Shown: one piece after another, positions 16,819 through 24,722 of the stretch
How positions within the stretch are numbered: position 1 is the first letter of the stretch
Layout: each line of letters begins with the position of its first letter
NCBI RefSeq assembly: GCF_900199515.1
Contig: NZ_LT963434.1
Span: 303,272-335,271, forward strand
Reading direction: 5' to 3'
Length of the DNA: 32,000 nt
DNA from: Massilicoli timonensis
GTDB lineage: Bacteria > Bacillota_I > Bacilli_A > Erysipelotrichales > Erysipelotrichaceae
Made by a program: the position numbers and the translations under genes
The notes under the pieces: model-generated
Databases searched by the model: none
Told to the model about the DNA's origin: nothing
Seen by the model: only the letters and a program-made list of their open reading frames with translations

Positions 16819-17153
16819 AACACTGCCACCAAAAAGGCAAAGACTACTGCCGCAGTAATGCCGACTGCCGTCAAATCAAACAAACCTAAGGCGATCCCCA
16901 TCAGCCCCTGCTCTTTCGCCGCTGCCAAAGCGCCGTGGATCAAAGAATGTCCAAAGCTGGTAATCGGCAATGCCGCACCGGCCTGGGCAATCTCTAATAG
17001 ACGATCATATAGACCAAAGCCATCCAGCACCGCACCCGCTACCACAAACATCGATGTGATATGTCCTGCCGTAAGCTTGGTATTGTCATAGATGATCTGT
17101 GCAATCAGACAAATGCCGCCGCAGGTAACAAAAGCCATCAGATAGTGCATCAT
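16800..17153 (-). CDS. spoVAE: Stage V sporulation protein AE (SpoVAEb-type membrane protein)
   Basis: 117 aa with GHITSMFVVAGAVLDGFGLYDRLLEIAQAGAALPITSFGHSL. ATGA start/stop overlap with spoVAD. Confidence 0.85.
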   Translation of the reverse strand: MMHYLMAFVTCGGICLIAQIIYDNTKLTAGHITSMFVVAGAVLDGFGLYDRLLEIAQAGAALPITSFGHSLIHGALAAAKEQGLMGIALGLFDLTAVGITAAVVFAFLVAVLCKAKN

Positions 17154-18148
17154 GCCTCACCTGCCCTTTCATATATGACCGCATGGGCAATGCAGGGAAT
17201 ACTTTCTTTTTGCTGCACCGCTACCGGTGAAAGCAGCGCCCCGGTCGCGACGACCATGATCTTGTTTGCTTTGCCGTTTGTTAAATCATCCATCAACTTC
17301 GTAAAGGTGTAAAGCATACTGCACCCACACCCGCTCCCGCCGCAAAAGACATCTTGTTTATCACGATCATACAGCATCAGACCACAGTCATTCAAATGAT
17401 TGTGCAAATCATATCCATCCTGTATAAACAGATCACAGAGAAAGGAAAAGCCCAGCGCCGACAGATCGCCGGTGTAAATGCCGTCATAATCACTGAAATC
17501 CGTACCGGTATCCGCAAATACCTGTTTGATCGTCTTATAGGCAGCCGGCACCATTGCTCTGCCCATGTCATTGGCATCACAAAAATGCCAGTCTACGATC
17601 TCGCCGATACAGGCATGCGTGATGCGTACTTGCGCGGGTTCAGCGGTAATGATTGCCGCACCGGCCCCGCTGGCAGTCGATGTCGTCGTTGCTTTTTTCT
17701 GTATCCCATATTCATTAGGAAAACGATATTGCCGCTCTGCGGTCGCGGTATGAGAGGAAGTAAAGGCCAGCACCCTTTGCTGGTGCATCTTTTCCACTAA
17801 GATCGCCGCTTGCGCGAGGATCAGCGAAGAAGTAGCACAGGCCGCATACATGCCGATGAAAGGACGATGCAGATCTTTGGCAAAATAATGTGATGCAGAA
17901 AGCTGATTCATCAGATCTCCGGCAATGATCACATCCAGATCATTTGGCTCCAGCTTTGCCTTGCGCAAGGCGCTGTCTACCGCACTGCGGATCAGTTCCC
18001 GCTCCGCCCGCTCAAAGCTGCTGGTTCCACAGTACGCATCATGAAAGGCTCGATCTAACAGTTCTTTGATTGGCCCCTCACTTTCCAGCTTTCCGCCAGC
18101 ACTTCCCCATGCTTTTACATATACATTTGCAAAGTGCAGTGTTTTCAT
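17150..18148 (-). CDS. spoVAD: Stage V sporulation protein AD (thiolase-fold DPA-binding protein)
   Basis: 332 aa. A beta-ketoacyl-synthase-like fold is indicated by GMYAACATS and GGSGCGCS. ATGA overlap with spoVAC. Confidence 0.9.
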   Translation of the reverse strand: MKTLHFANVYVKAWGSAGGKLESEGPIKELLDRAFHDAYCGTSSFERAERELIRSAVDSALRKAKLEPNDLDVIIAGDLMNQLSASHYFAKDLHRPFIGMYAACATSSLILAQAAILVEKMHQQRVLAFTSSHTATAERQYRFPNEYGIQKKATTTSTASGAGAAIITAEPAQVRITHACIGEIVDWHFCDANDMGRAMVPAAYKTIKQVFADTGTDFSDYDGIYTGDLSALGFSFLCDLFIQDGYDLHNHLNDCGLMLYDRDKQDVFCGGSGCGCSMLYTFTKLMDDLTNGKANKIMVVATGALLSPVAVQQKESIPCIAHAVIYERAGEA

Positions 18149-18588
18149 GACGCGCCTCCCAAAAACAAATATCGCAGCATGCCGATAAAATACGCAGATA
18201 CGATGCCATATGTCAAGACACTGCCGGCCAGCTTAAACATATTCATGCCGATGCCATAGATCAAGCCTTCGCTTTTCCCTTCCAGTGCGCTTGATGCTAA
18301 CGCATTCGCAAATCCGGTGATCGGAATAAATACACCGGCCCCAAAACGCTGTGCCAGCTGATCAAATAAACCAAGTCCGGTCAAGATCGCCGCCAAGGCA
18401 ATAAAGGTTACGATCACCAGCGACAATGCCTGCTGCTTAGGCATGTGCAGGCTCTCCTGATAAAGCATAAGCAAGACCTCGCCGCTTCCTCCGATCGCTC
18501 CACCGCTTATAAAAGCCGCAATGGCATGAGCGAGCCGCTGATCTTTCGGCATATGCCTTTTCGCTGTTTCCTGTAAACGTTTTTCCAT
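18145..18588 (-). CDS. spoVAC: Stage V sporulation protein AC
   Basis: AFISGGAIGGSGE and FIPITGFANALASSALEGKSEGLIYGIG. AGGAGG lies upstream of the ATG at 18588. Confidence 0.9.
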   Translation of the reverse strand: MEKRLQETAKRHMPKDQRLAHAIAAFISGGAIGGSGEVLLMLYQESLHMPKQQALSLVIVTFIALAAILTGLGLFDQLAQRFGAGVFIPITGFANALASSALEGKSEGLIYGIGMNMFKLAGSVLTYGIVSAYFIGMLRYLFLGGAS

Positions 18589-18618
18589 ACTACATACCTC
18601 CTTGCAACTATTATTGAC

Positions 18619-18652
18619 AAAATAAAAGAAACGATACATCCAGTACCGTTTC
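18619..18652 (-). terminator. Terminator-like hairpin after the M20 peptidase gene
   Basis: On the minus strand, gaaacg-gtactggatgtat-cgtttc is followed by ttttatttt. It starts at the stop codon. Confidence 0.5.
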
Positions 18653-20268
18653 TAATCACGCATCATTTCATCGACCAGCATTTTGCGCAGTCTTGGCGCC
18701 TGCTTCAAAGAATAGTTTAATTCGATCCTTTCACTGTATTTATGCGGATCTTTGCCATCCGGTCCGAAATTGACAAAAGGGATCTGTAACTTCCGCATCA
18801 CTTCCAAAGGCACTTCATAGTGCTTTCCCCACAGTGGGAAATTCGCCGCAAGTGAAAGAGCAGCACCCGCATCGCGCAAGCCCAGATAACACATATCCGT
18901 CAAGCCGTTAAAGCACGCATTCAGTTCATAGCGCTCGCCCTGCTTCTGCGCTTTCTTCACAAACCGTTCACAGATCTTTCTCAATGGCGCATCTGCTTCA
19001 AGAAAACCGGAATGCGGATAATAAGGCGGTGCAAACGCCAAAATGATCTTTGCCGATCGATCAGGCGCATAGCGGTGCGTTTCTTTTATCACAGCAAGCG
19101 TCATTTCCCGCATATCCGCTTCTTCCAATCCTTCGATAAAGGTCTCCATATGCTTTTGAAAGGCAGATCCATGCTGCTCGACACAGCTTGCATACAGTTC
19201 TTCATAGCTCATCACATTTACGGAAATGGACGCATGGGGCAACGCGCGATTTAGGAGCTGTTCTGCCTGCAAGATTCGCGCATCCCGCATCCGCAGCACC
19301 TCTTCAAAGGCCTGCCTTGCACAGGCAAGCAGCTGCTCTTTGATCGTATCGATCGATTTGGAAAGGGTCATCAGGTTGAAGTACGCATAACTGTCATAAG
19401 GGGTCTGTACACTGTATGAAGTCTTACAGTCCGACTGTTTCAAACAGGTCGGCGCCGGGGTAAAATAACCGTTTGCCTGATCGATGAAAGCAGGCGCATG
19501 CTCTAAATATTCCACGATTTTCGCGCTCAGCAGATTCGGATTCAAGCCGCCATATGGATCACCGACGTGCGTTTCTTTTCCGACACAGTAGAAAAACGGC
19601 ATGACTTTGCCCGCAGCACCGATAAATAAACGGCGGCTTTCAAGACTTTGTTCAAATGAAATATCCGGCTCCCCCACCATGCAGAAATCAAGGGAAAGGT
19701 CCTCCTGTTTTGCCAATACTTCCATTTTCTTGATCGCATCCAGCATTCCTTCAGAGTTTCGTTCCTCATCCGGCACGCTCACAAACAATAAATTCGCATC
19801 GCGTTTTTCACTGTAAGCATGCAGCAGCTCGATATCGGCGGCAATGCCCCATTTCATATCACAGATGCCGCGGCCAAACAAATAATGTCCGCTGTCTAGA
19901 TCATTTTGACTTTCTTCATCTAAATGCAAGTTTCCCTGTTTCAAAAAGTCCGTATATGCGATCGGATCAAACGCATATGGCGCCCCTATTCCATATTCAT
20001 CAATTCCGACGACATCAAAATGAGATAGCAAGACGATGGTACGTTTGGTTTGCTTTGACGCCTTCATCAAAGCGAAGACATACCCGCACTTCGTTTCTTC
20101 CTCCCGTATATGATGGATCATGATCTGGTTTGGGTGTCTTTGAAAATAAGGAATCTTTAGCAGCAGTTGTTTTAATAAAGCCGGCATCTGTTTCTCCGCT
20201 TCACTTGCAGAGATACTGCCGATCCGGCATAAAGAAAGCAGGTTTTGTAACATTCTGTTTTCATCCAT
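18652..20268 (-). CDS. M20/M25/M40 family metallo-hydrolase, RocB-like
   Basis: LLSHFDVVG, GRGICDMKWG and VPDEERNSEGM are the M20 metal-binding motifs. The length of about 540 aa and the N-terminal region resemble RocB-type proteins. AAGGAG lies 8 nt upstream of the ATG at 20268. Confidence 0.8.
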   Translation of the reverse strand: MDENRMLQNLLSLCRIGSISASEAEKQMPALLKQLLLKIPYFQRHPNQIMIHHIREEETKCGYVFALMKASKQTKRTIVLLSHFDVVGIDEYGIGAPYAFDPIAYTDFLKQGNLHLDEESQNDLDSGHYLFGRGICDMKWGIAADIELLHAYSEKRDANLLFVSVPDEERNSEGMLDAIKKMEVLAKQEDLSLDFCMVGEPDISFEQSLESRRLFIGAAGKVMPFFYCVGKETHVGDPYGGLNPNLLSAKIVEYLEHAPAFIDQANGYFTPAPTCLKQSDCKTSYSVQTPYDSYAYFNLMTLSKSIDTIKEQLLACARQAFEEVLRMRDARILQAEQLLNRALPHASISVNVMSYEELYASCVEQHGSAFQKHMETFIEGLEEADMREMTLAVIKETHRYAPDRSAKIILAFAPPYYPHSGFLEADAPLRKICERFVKKAQKQGERYELNACFNGLTDMCYLGLRDAGAALSLAANFPLWGKHYEVPLEVMRKLQIPFVNFGPDGKDPHKYSERIELNYSLKQAPRLRKMLVDEMMRD

Positions 20269-20503
20269 ATCAAACACTCCTTGTTTGATCAACCGTAATG
20301 ATTGAGCATTCTTCTATTTTGTATTATAGCACATACTGTTCTTTTCTATCGTGTATTTTTTATTGATTTTATAGACGGAAGTCGTATTATAACTTCTTGC
20401 AAGCGTTTATAGAAGTGAGGACAAATCCTTGATTTACAAGGGTTTTCCCGTATCTCTATGTATTTTGTCATATCTCCACATAAACTCGTTTTATAAGCGC
20501 TGG

Positions 20504-20521
20504 CGGCAAAAAAGCGTCAAA
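20504..20521 (+). repeat. Copy 1 of the 18-nt direct repeat cggcaaaaaagcgtcaaa
   Basis: Exact 18-mer also present at 21501-21518. Weaker similarity extends about 40 nt upstream (tcatatctccac vs ttatatctgacc). Confidence 0.8.
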
Positions 20522-20754
20522 TACAAAAGATAATATTTTCTGCTCTCTATGTTACGCATTAGGGCTTTATTAGGCTTTGCAAGCAAAGGTTTTGCAGATC
20601 CCATCATAAATGTCCTTTAACTGCGTAATATTTCAAAGCGAGATGCTATCTGTTTAGATTATCCTTTTCATTCCTCTCTTTTGTAAAAAGTTCCATAGCA
20701 AGCATAGGAAAGGGGTACCCTTTCCGTAAAAATCACTCTTTGTAAGATAAATTT

Positions 20755-20783
20755 TTGCTTGTTGGAAATATTCCAACAAGCAA
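20755..20783 (-). terminator. Hairpin directly after the NUDIX stop codon (13-bp stem, 3-nt loop)
   Basis: ttgcttgttggaa-ata-ttccaacaagcaa. The flanking runs are A/T-rich on both strands, but the U-tract is weak. Confidence 0.45.
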
Positions 20784-20791
20784 ATTTTAAG

Positions 20792-21220
20792 TTATAAATA
20801 TCCCCTAAGCCCTGCTTCTTCTATCAGTTTCGGTTGAATCAATGGATATGTCCAATTTTCCACAAGCCGCTCCGTAATCAAAATCCTTTCAATTTCACTA
20901 TGTAATTCATTTTCAAAAGACAGAATATTAGCAAAGTAAAGCATTCCATAACTCTCATTACCTTCAAAATTATCTGGTGAAGTGACTGAATATACACAAA
21001 TAGGTTTTATGCTGTATTCAAGTGCGCCCGTTTCTTCATATAACTCTCGTTTTGCAGTGTCTAAAATATGCTCACCATTTTCTCTGTGACCGCCCGGAAT
21101 CTCGAATGTTTCTCGCTCTCTATGTTTACAAAACACCCATTTATTGTCTGTTTTTGCAATAATGACGGCAAATTTTAATAATCTGTCATCAATTTCATCA
21201 TAAAACTTTACGTCAACCAT
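20792..21220 (-). CDS. NUDIX hydrolase
   Basis: The Nudix box GGHRENGEHILDTAKRELYEETG matches GX5EX7REUXEEXGU. The RBS is gaaggag. The extended -10 TGcTATAAT lies at 21274-21266. Confidence 0.85.
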   Translation of the reverse strand: MVDVKFYDEIDDRLLKFAVIIAKTDNKWVFCKHRERETFEIPGGHRENGEHILDTAKRELYEETGALEYSIKPICVYSVTSPDNFEGNESYGMLYFANILSFENELHSEIERILITERLVENWTYPLIQPKLIEEAGLRGYL

Positions 21221-21500
21221 TTACCATTCTCCTTCAAATATCAGTTTATCAATTTATTTCCCAATATTATAGCACCCATATATGAATTATTCTACTATAA
21301 GTCTGCTCTGTGTGAAATAGCAGTTCCAATCTTCCTTGTCAACGGTCGAGATGAACGGGCTTCGCCGCAGCCCGCAAGTGCGTCTGTCCCTGCTTATATG
21401 GCAACCAAGAGAACGAAAACAATGAGTGCTTTCGCTCTCGCATAGGATGGTTTTTCTTATATCTGACCGTATCAATTTATATTGTCTTATTGAGTTAGGA

Positions 21501-21518
21501 CGGCAAAAAAGCGTCAAA
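21501..21518 (+). repeat. Copy 2 of the 18-nt direct repeat cggcaaaaaagcgtcaaa
   Basis: Exact match to 20504-20521, so the two copies bracket the NUDIX gene. Confidence 0.8.
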
Positions 21519-21689
21519 ACGCTATTTTAGGCGTTTGAAGTCACGCTTGTATTTATCAAAAAATTAAGCACTTATGCGCGTTTAAGACGTTTTTTTCTTT
21601 GTACCGTTAAAAAGTATAATACTATTTTTTATTTGAAATTTATCTTTTTTTCCGCTACAATAAGTAGTCGGCTGAAAGGAGGCCTTTTT

Positions 21690-23048
21690 ATGACATCTAT
21701 CAATAAAATGAAAGAGATGCCGATTCGCAAACTGCTTTTATCAATGTCGCTGCCGATCATGGTATCTATGCTGATTCAGGCGCTCTATAATATCGTAGAC
21801 AGTATGTTTGTGGCACAATATTCACAAGATGCCTTAGCTGCTGTATCACTGGCTTTTCCGATCCAGACCCTGATCGTGGCGGTTTCGGTCGGTACGGCTG
21901 CCGGTTTGAATTCTCTACTATCACGCAAGCTGGGTGAACAGAATTTCAAGGAAGCGAATGAAGTTGCCAATCACGGTGTGCTGGCAGCCCTTTTATCCGG
22001 GATCCCGTTTATGATCTTCGGCATCTTTTTCGCACAGACGTTCATCTCTGCTTTTTCCGATCGCAGCACGATCATTTCCGATGGTACGACTTATACACTG
22101 ATCTGTACCGTTTGTTCATCGGCGGTATTGGTCGAGATCGCTTATGAACGATTGTTTCAGGCAACCGGGCATGCGATGTATAACATGTATATGCAGGGGG
22201 CCGGTGCGCTCATCAACATCATCTTAGATCCGATCTTTATTTTCGGATGGTTCGGCTTCCCGGCAATGGGGGTAACCGGAGCAGCCTTAGCGACGGTAAC
22301 CGGTCAGATCTTAGCGGTTCTATTAGGCATCTACCTGCAGCGCCGCCATGTAAAAGAACTGCACATCAGTTTCCGCGGCTTTCATCTGAAAAAGCATATC
22401 TTTGCGCAGATGTATGCGGTCGGCTTCCCTTCGATCATCATGCAGTCGATCGTTACGGTACTCACGATCGGCATGAATGCCATTTTAGTAGGCTTTTCGG
22501 AAACAGCGGTTTCCGTATTCAGCGTTTACTTCAAATTACAGAATTTTGTCTTTATGGCAGTATTCGGCATGAACAACGCATTGGTCGCCATCATCGGCTA
22601 CAACTTCGGGGCAAGACAGAAAGAGCGCATTCTTTCTTCCATTCGCTTCGCGATCCAAATGGCGGTCTTGATCATGCTGATCGGTACCCTGATCTTTCAA
22701 TTATTTCCACAAGCGCTGTTACAGCTGTTTAACGCAGATGCGGCAATGCTGAAGATCGGTGTTCCGGCACTGCGCATCATCTCCCTGTCATTTTTGTTTG
22801 CCGGGGTTTCCATTGAGCTTTCCGCATTATTTCAGGCACTTGGCAAAGGCATCAGTTCGTTGATGATCTCTTTATGTCGGCAGCTGCTCATCGTTTTGCC
22901 ATGCGCCTACCTGTTGGCTCGTTTTTCTGAGCTTGACAGCATCTGGTATGCGTTTTTGATCGCTGAAGCATTTGCCATGGTAATCGCCCTCTTTCTGTAT
23001 CGAAAGATCAAGATATCCATGATCGATCCGATGGAACATTCGCTGTAA
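21690..23048 (+). CDS. MATE family efflux transporter
   Basis: MPIRKLLLSMSLPIMVSMLIQALYNIVDSMFVAQ is the canonical MatE N-terminus. About 12 hydrophobic segments are present. AGGAGG lies upstream of the ATG at 21690. Confidence 0.9.
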   Translation: MTSINKMKEMPIRKLLLSMSLPIMVSMLIQALYNIVDSMFVAQYSQDALAAVSLAFPIQTLIVAVSVGTAAGLNSLLSRKLGEQNFKEANEVANHGVLAALLSGIPFMIFGIFFAQTFISAFSDRSTIISDGTTYTLICTVCSSAVLVEIAYERLFQATGHAMYNMYMQGAGALINIILDPIFIFGWFGFPAMGVTGAALATVTGQILAVLLGIYLQRRHVKELHISFRGFHLKKHIFAQMYAVGFPSIIMQSIVTVLTIGMNAILVGFSETAVSVFSVYFKLQNFVFMAVFGMNNALVAIIGYNFGARQKERILSSIRFAIQMAVLIMLIGTLIFQLFPQALLQLFNADAAMLKIGVPALRIISLSFLFAGVSIELSALFQALGKGISSLMISLCRQLLIVLPCAYLLARFSELDSIWYAFLIAEAFAMVIALFLYRKIKISMIDPMEHSL

Positions 23049-23057
23049 AAAGGAATC

Positions 23058-23084
23058 AAAAAAGCGGCAGACACCGCTTTTTTT
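23058..23084. terminator. Bidirectional rho-independent terminator (MATE / HD gene)
   Basis: aaaagcgg-cagaca-ccgctttt with flanking A and T runs. Confidence 0.7.
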
Positions 23085-23878
23085 CATGTTTCATCAAACC
23101 CATAGCCTTCTAACTTCACTGCTAAATAGGCATTGAGCTGCTCTTCGATCAAGTACAGCTGCTTTTGGGCGGAAGCAGGCACTTTGATCTGCAATAGTTT
23201 TTCGATGAGCGAGCGTTTTCTTACTTCCTGCAAGGTTACGATAAAACGCATATCAAAGACAAACGCCAATGCCGCAACATATTCATCCAGTTTCGTTTTA
23301 CGCAGCTCATTTTTTACATAACGCTGTCTTTGAAAGCAGCACATGACCGCCTGACTTACAAAAAGGCATTCCTGCGCTTCCCTTTCGTACTGCGCTTGTT
23401 GTGATAAACGCACCGCTAAAATATCCAATTTATCACAGTCGCGGATAAAATCAGCGAAAAAATGAGCCGTTTCATATAGATGGGCATCGACTGCGGCTTT
23501 ATTGTGATAATAGATCGCCGCTTCGATCACGCCATCATATGTGCTTTCCTCCGTAAATCTTCTGATCTCGCCTTTGTGAAACAGGCGTTCGGCCGCAAGG
23601 CTGCCATGATCCATACTCTTCCCTTCCGGCAAAAAACGTCCATAATCATGCAGCAGAGCGATCAGCTCCGCTACCTCTATCTCGCTTTTGCTCATATGCA
23701 GACGGTTGCCTAAAAACCGCGCTTCTTCTACTACTCTTAACGTATGGGTTCGCCGTAAAGCAATGGCGGGGTCCTGCTGATCAAAGCGGTCCATAAACTT
23801 CATCATCTCCGCCTTGGCATGCGTCAGATCAAAAATACCGCGCTCAGGCCCATTCAGGCAAATACCATGTTTTTCCAT
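23084..23878 (-). CDS. HD-domain metal-dependent phosphohydrolase
   Basis: RRTHTLRV...LIALLHDYGRF carries the H...HD motif. The ORF-track start at 23878 overlaps the upstream GNAT gene by 35 nt. Alternative ATGs at 23806/23803 (MMKFMDRF) would remove the overlap. Confidence 0.75.
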   Translation of the reverse strand: MEKHGICLNGPERGIFDLTHAKAEMMKFMDRFDQQDPAIALRRTHTLRVVEEARFLGNRLHMSKSEIEVAELIALLHDYGRFLPEGKSMDHGSLAAERLFHKGEIRRFTEESTYDGVIEAAIYYHNKAAVDAHLYETAHFFADFIRDCDKLDILAVRLSQQAQYEREAQECLFVSQAVMCCFQRQRYVKNELRKTKLDEYVAALAFVFDMRFIVTLQEVRKRSLIEKLLQIKVPASAQKQLYLIEEQLNAYLAVKLEGYGFDET

Positions 23879-24722
23879 TGCATTTCCACTCGCTTACTTC
23901 TTCCATACTGATCGCACACCGTGCGCAAAGACCCGCTTCATCATGCACAAGGATCAGCGTATTATCGCAAGGGTCTCCACCTTCACAATACTCGATCGGC
24001 AAAATGAGCGTTACCTGATCCCGCGTTCGCAGTGCCTTTAACAGTTTCTCATGCGCCATGGCATCCACTGCCATCCATTCACTGCACACGATCCCATCTG
24101 TTCCTCTTTCATAGATCGCATAAGCCATACAGCGCTTGTTTTCCATATAGCGCACACACTTGAGTCCCTGCGCTTTCATTTCCTGCTCATAGCGGAGAAA
24201 ATATGCCTCATCTCTCACAAAATAACCGCTGTAAGAAGCCATGCTTTCCCAAAAACACGCTGCCATGCTTTTCGCATCATAGCCTTCCTGCAAATCAATC
24301 TGAAAAGTATCGCCGCTTTTCGCATAAACATGCTCAGCTTTTCCATTTACCGCTCTAAATCCAAAAGGCGTGTATAAATTCATATCATATGCCTGTATGA
24401 CCGTAAGCAGTTCTTGCTTTGCCGCATCTTTCAGTGTCTGCTCCATCAGTTCCCGCATATAGCCGCGATGACGATACGCGGGATGGGTCATGACGCCGAC
24501 GATGATCGAAGTATCGATCGTGCGTCCGTTTATCACCATTTGATGTCTGCGCCGCTGTAAACACGCCGCCACTTCACCTGCTGCCTCTTTTACCAACAGA
24601 TCCTTTTCATCATACAGTGCGTCAAAATAATAATCGCTGTATCCCCCGTCATCAAAGGCAAATAATTCTTTCCATAAGCGATAAACTGCCTTTTGATCGC
24701 TTGCTTTGCCTTTGCGGATCAT
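23844..24722 (-). CDS. GNAT family N-acetyltransferase (Eis-like architecture)
   Basis: IVGVMTHPAYRHRGYMRELMEQTL is the acetyl-CoA binding motif A (R-x-x-G-x-A/G-like). A C-terminal extension follows. ATGA overlap with the upstream DUF2156 gene. Confidence 0.8.
   Translation of the reverse strand: MIRKGKASDQKAVYRLWKELFAFDDGGYSDYYFDALYDEKDLLVKEAAGEVAACLQRRRHQMVINGRTIDTSIIVGVMTHPAYRHRGYMRELMEQTLKDAAKQELLTVIQAYDMNLYTPFGFRAVNGKAEHVYAKSGDTFQIDLQEGYDAKSMAACFWESMASYSGYFVRDEAYFLRYEQEMKAQGLKCVRYMENKRCMAYAIYERGTDGIVCSEWMAVDAMAHEKLLKALRTRDQVTLILPIEYCEGGDPCDNTLILVHDEAGLCARCAISMEEVSEWKCNGKTWYLPEWA

Noticed and set aside
16573-17091. 172-aa plus-strand ORF across the spoVAF/spoVAE junction
   Set aside because: It is antisense to two conserved sporulation genes, has no start context and has a shadow-frame composition.
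20707-20725. Hairpin ggaaaggg-gta-ccctttcc in the spacer downstream of the NUDIX gene, considered as a second terminator
   Set aside because: It has an 8-bp stem but no adjacent U-tract on either strand, and it lies about 65 nt beyond the stronger hairpin at the stop codon. I noted it only as part of the structured spacer.
21287-21517. 76-aa minus-strand ORF in the NUDIX-MATE spacer
   Set aside because: It has no RBS and a Cys/Arg/Ser-rich composition, and it ends inside the 18-nt repeat. I treat it as non-coding and record the region as an unassigned GC-rich patch instead.
21221-21689. Possible riboswitch (e.g. guanidine/ykkC class) in the long leader upstream of the MATE exporter
   Set aside because: I could not find the conserved ykkC or other riboswitch core sequences, and the GC-rich patch lies upstream of the likely MATE promoter. 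A cmscan would be needed to exclude it formally.
22247-22732. 161-aa same-strand alternative-frame ORF inside the MATE gene
   Set aside because: It is an out-of-frame overlap with a transporter gene that has clear family motifs. The Arg/Ser/Gly/His-rich product looks like an off-frame artefact.
23806-23878. 35-nt overlap between the GNAT and HD genes as possible programmed recoding
   Set aside because: An over-extended HD start is the more likely explanation. In-frame ATGs at 23806/23803 follow a ggag motif and remove the overlap. No slippery sequence is evident.
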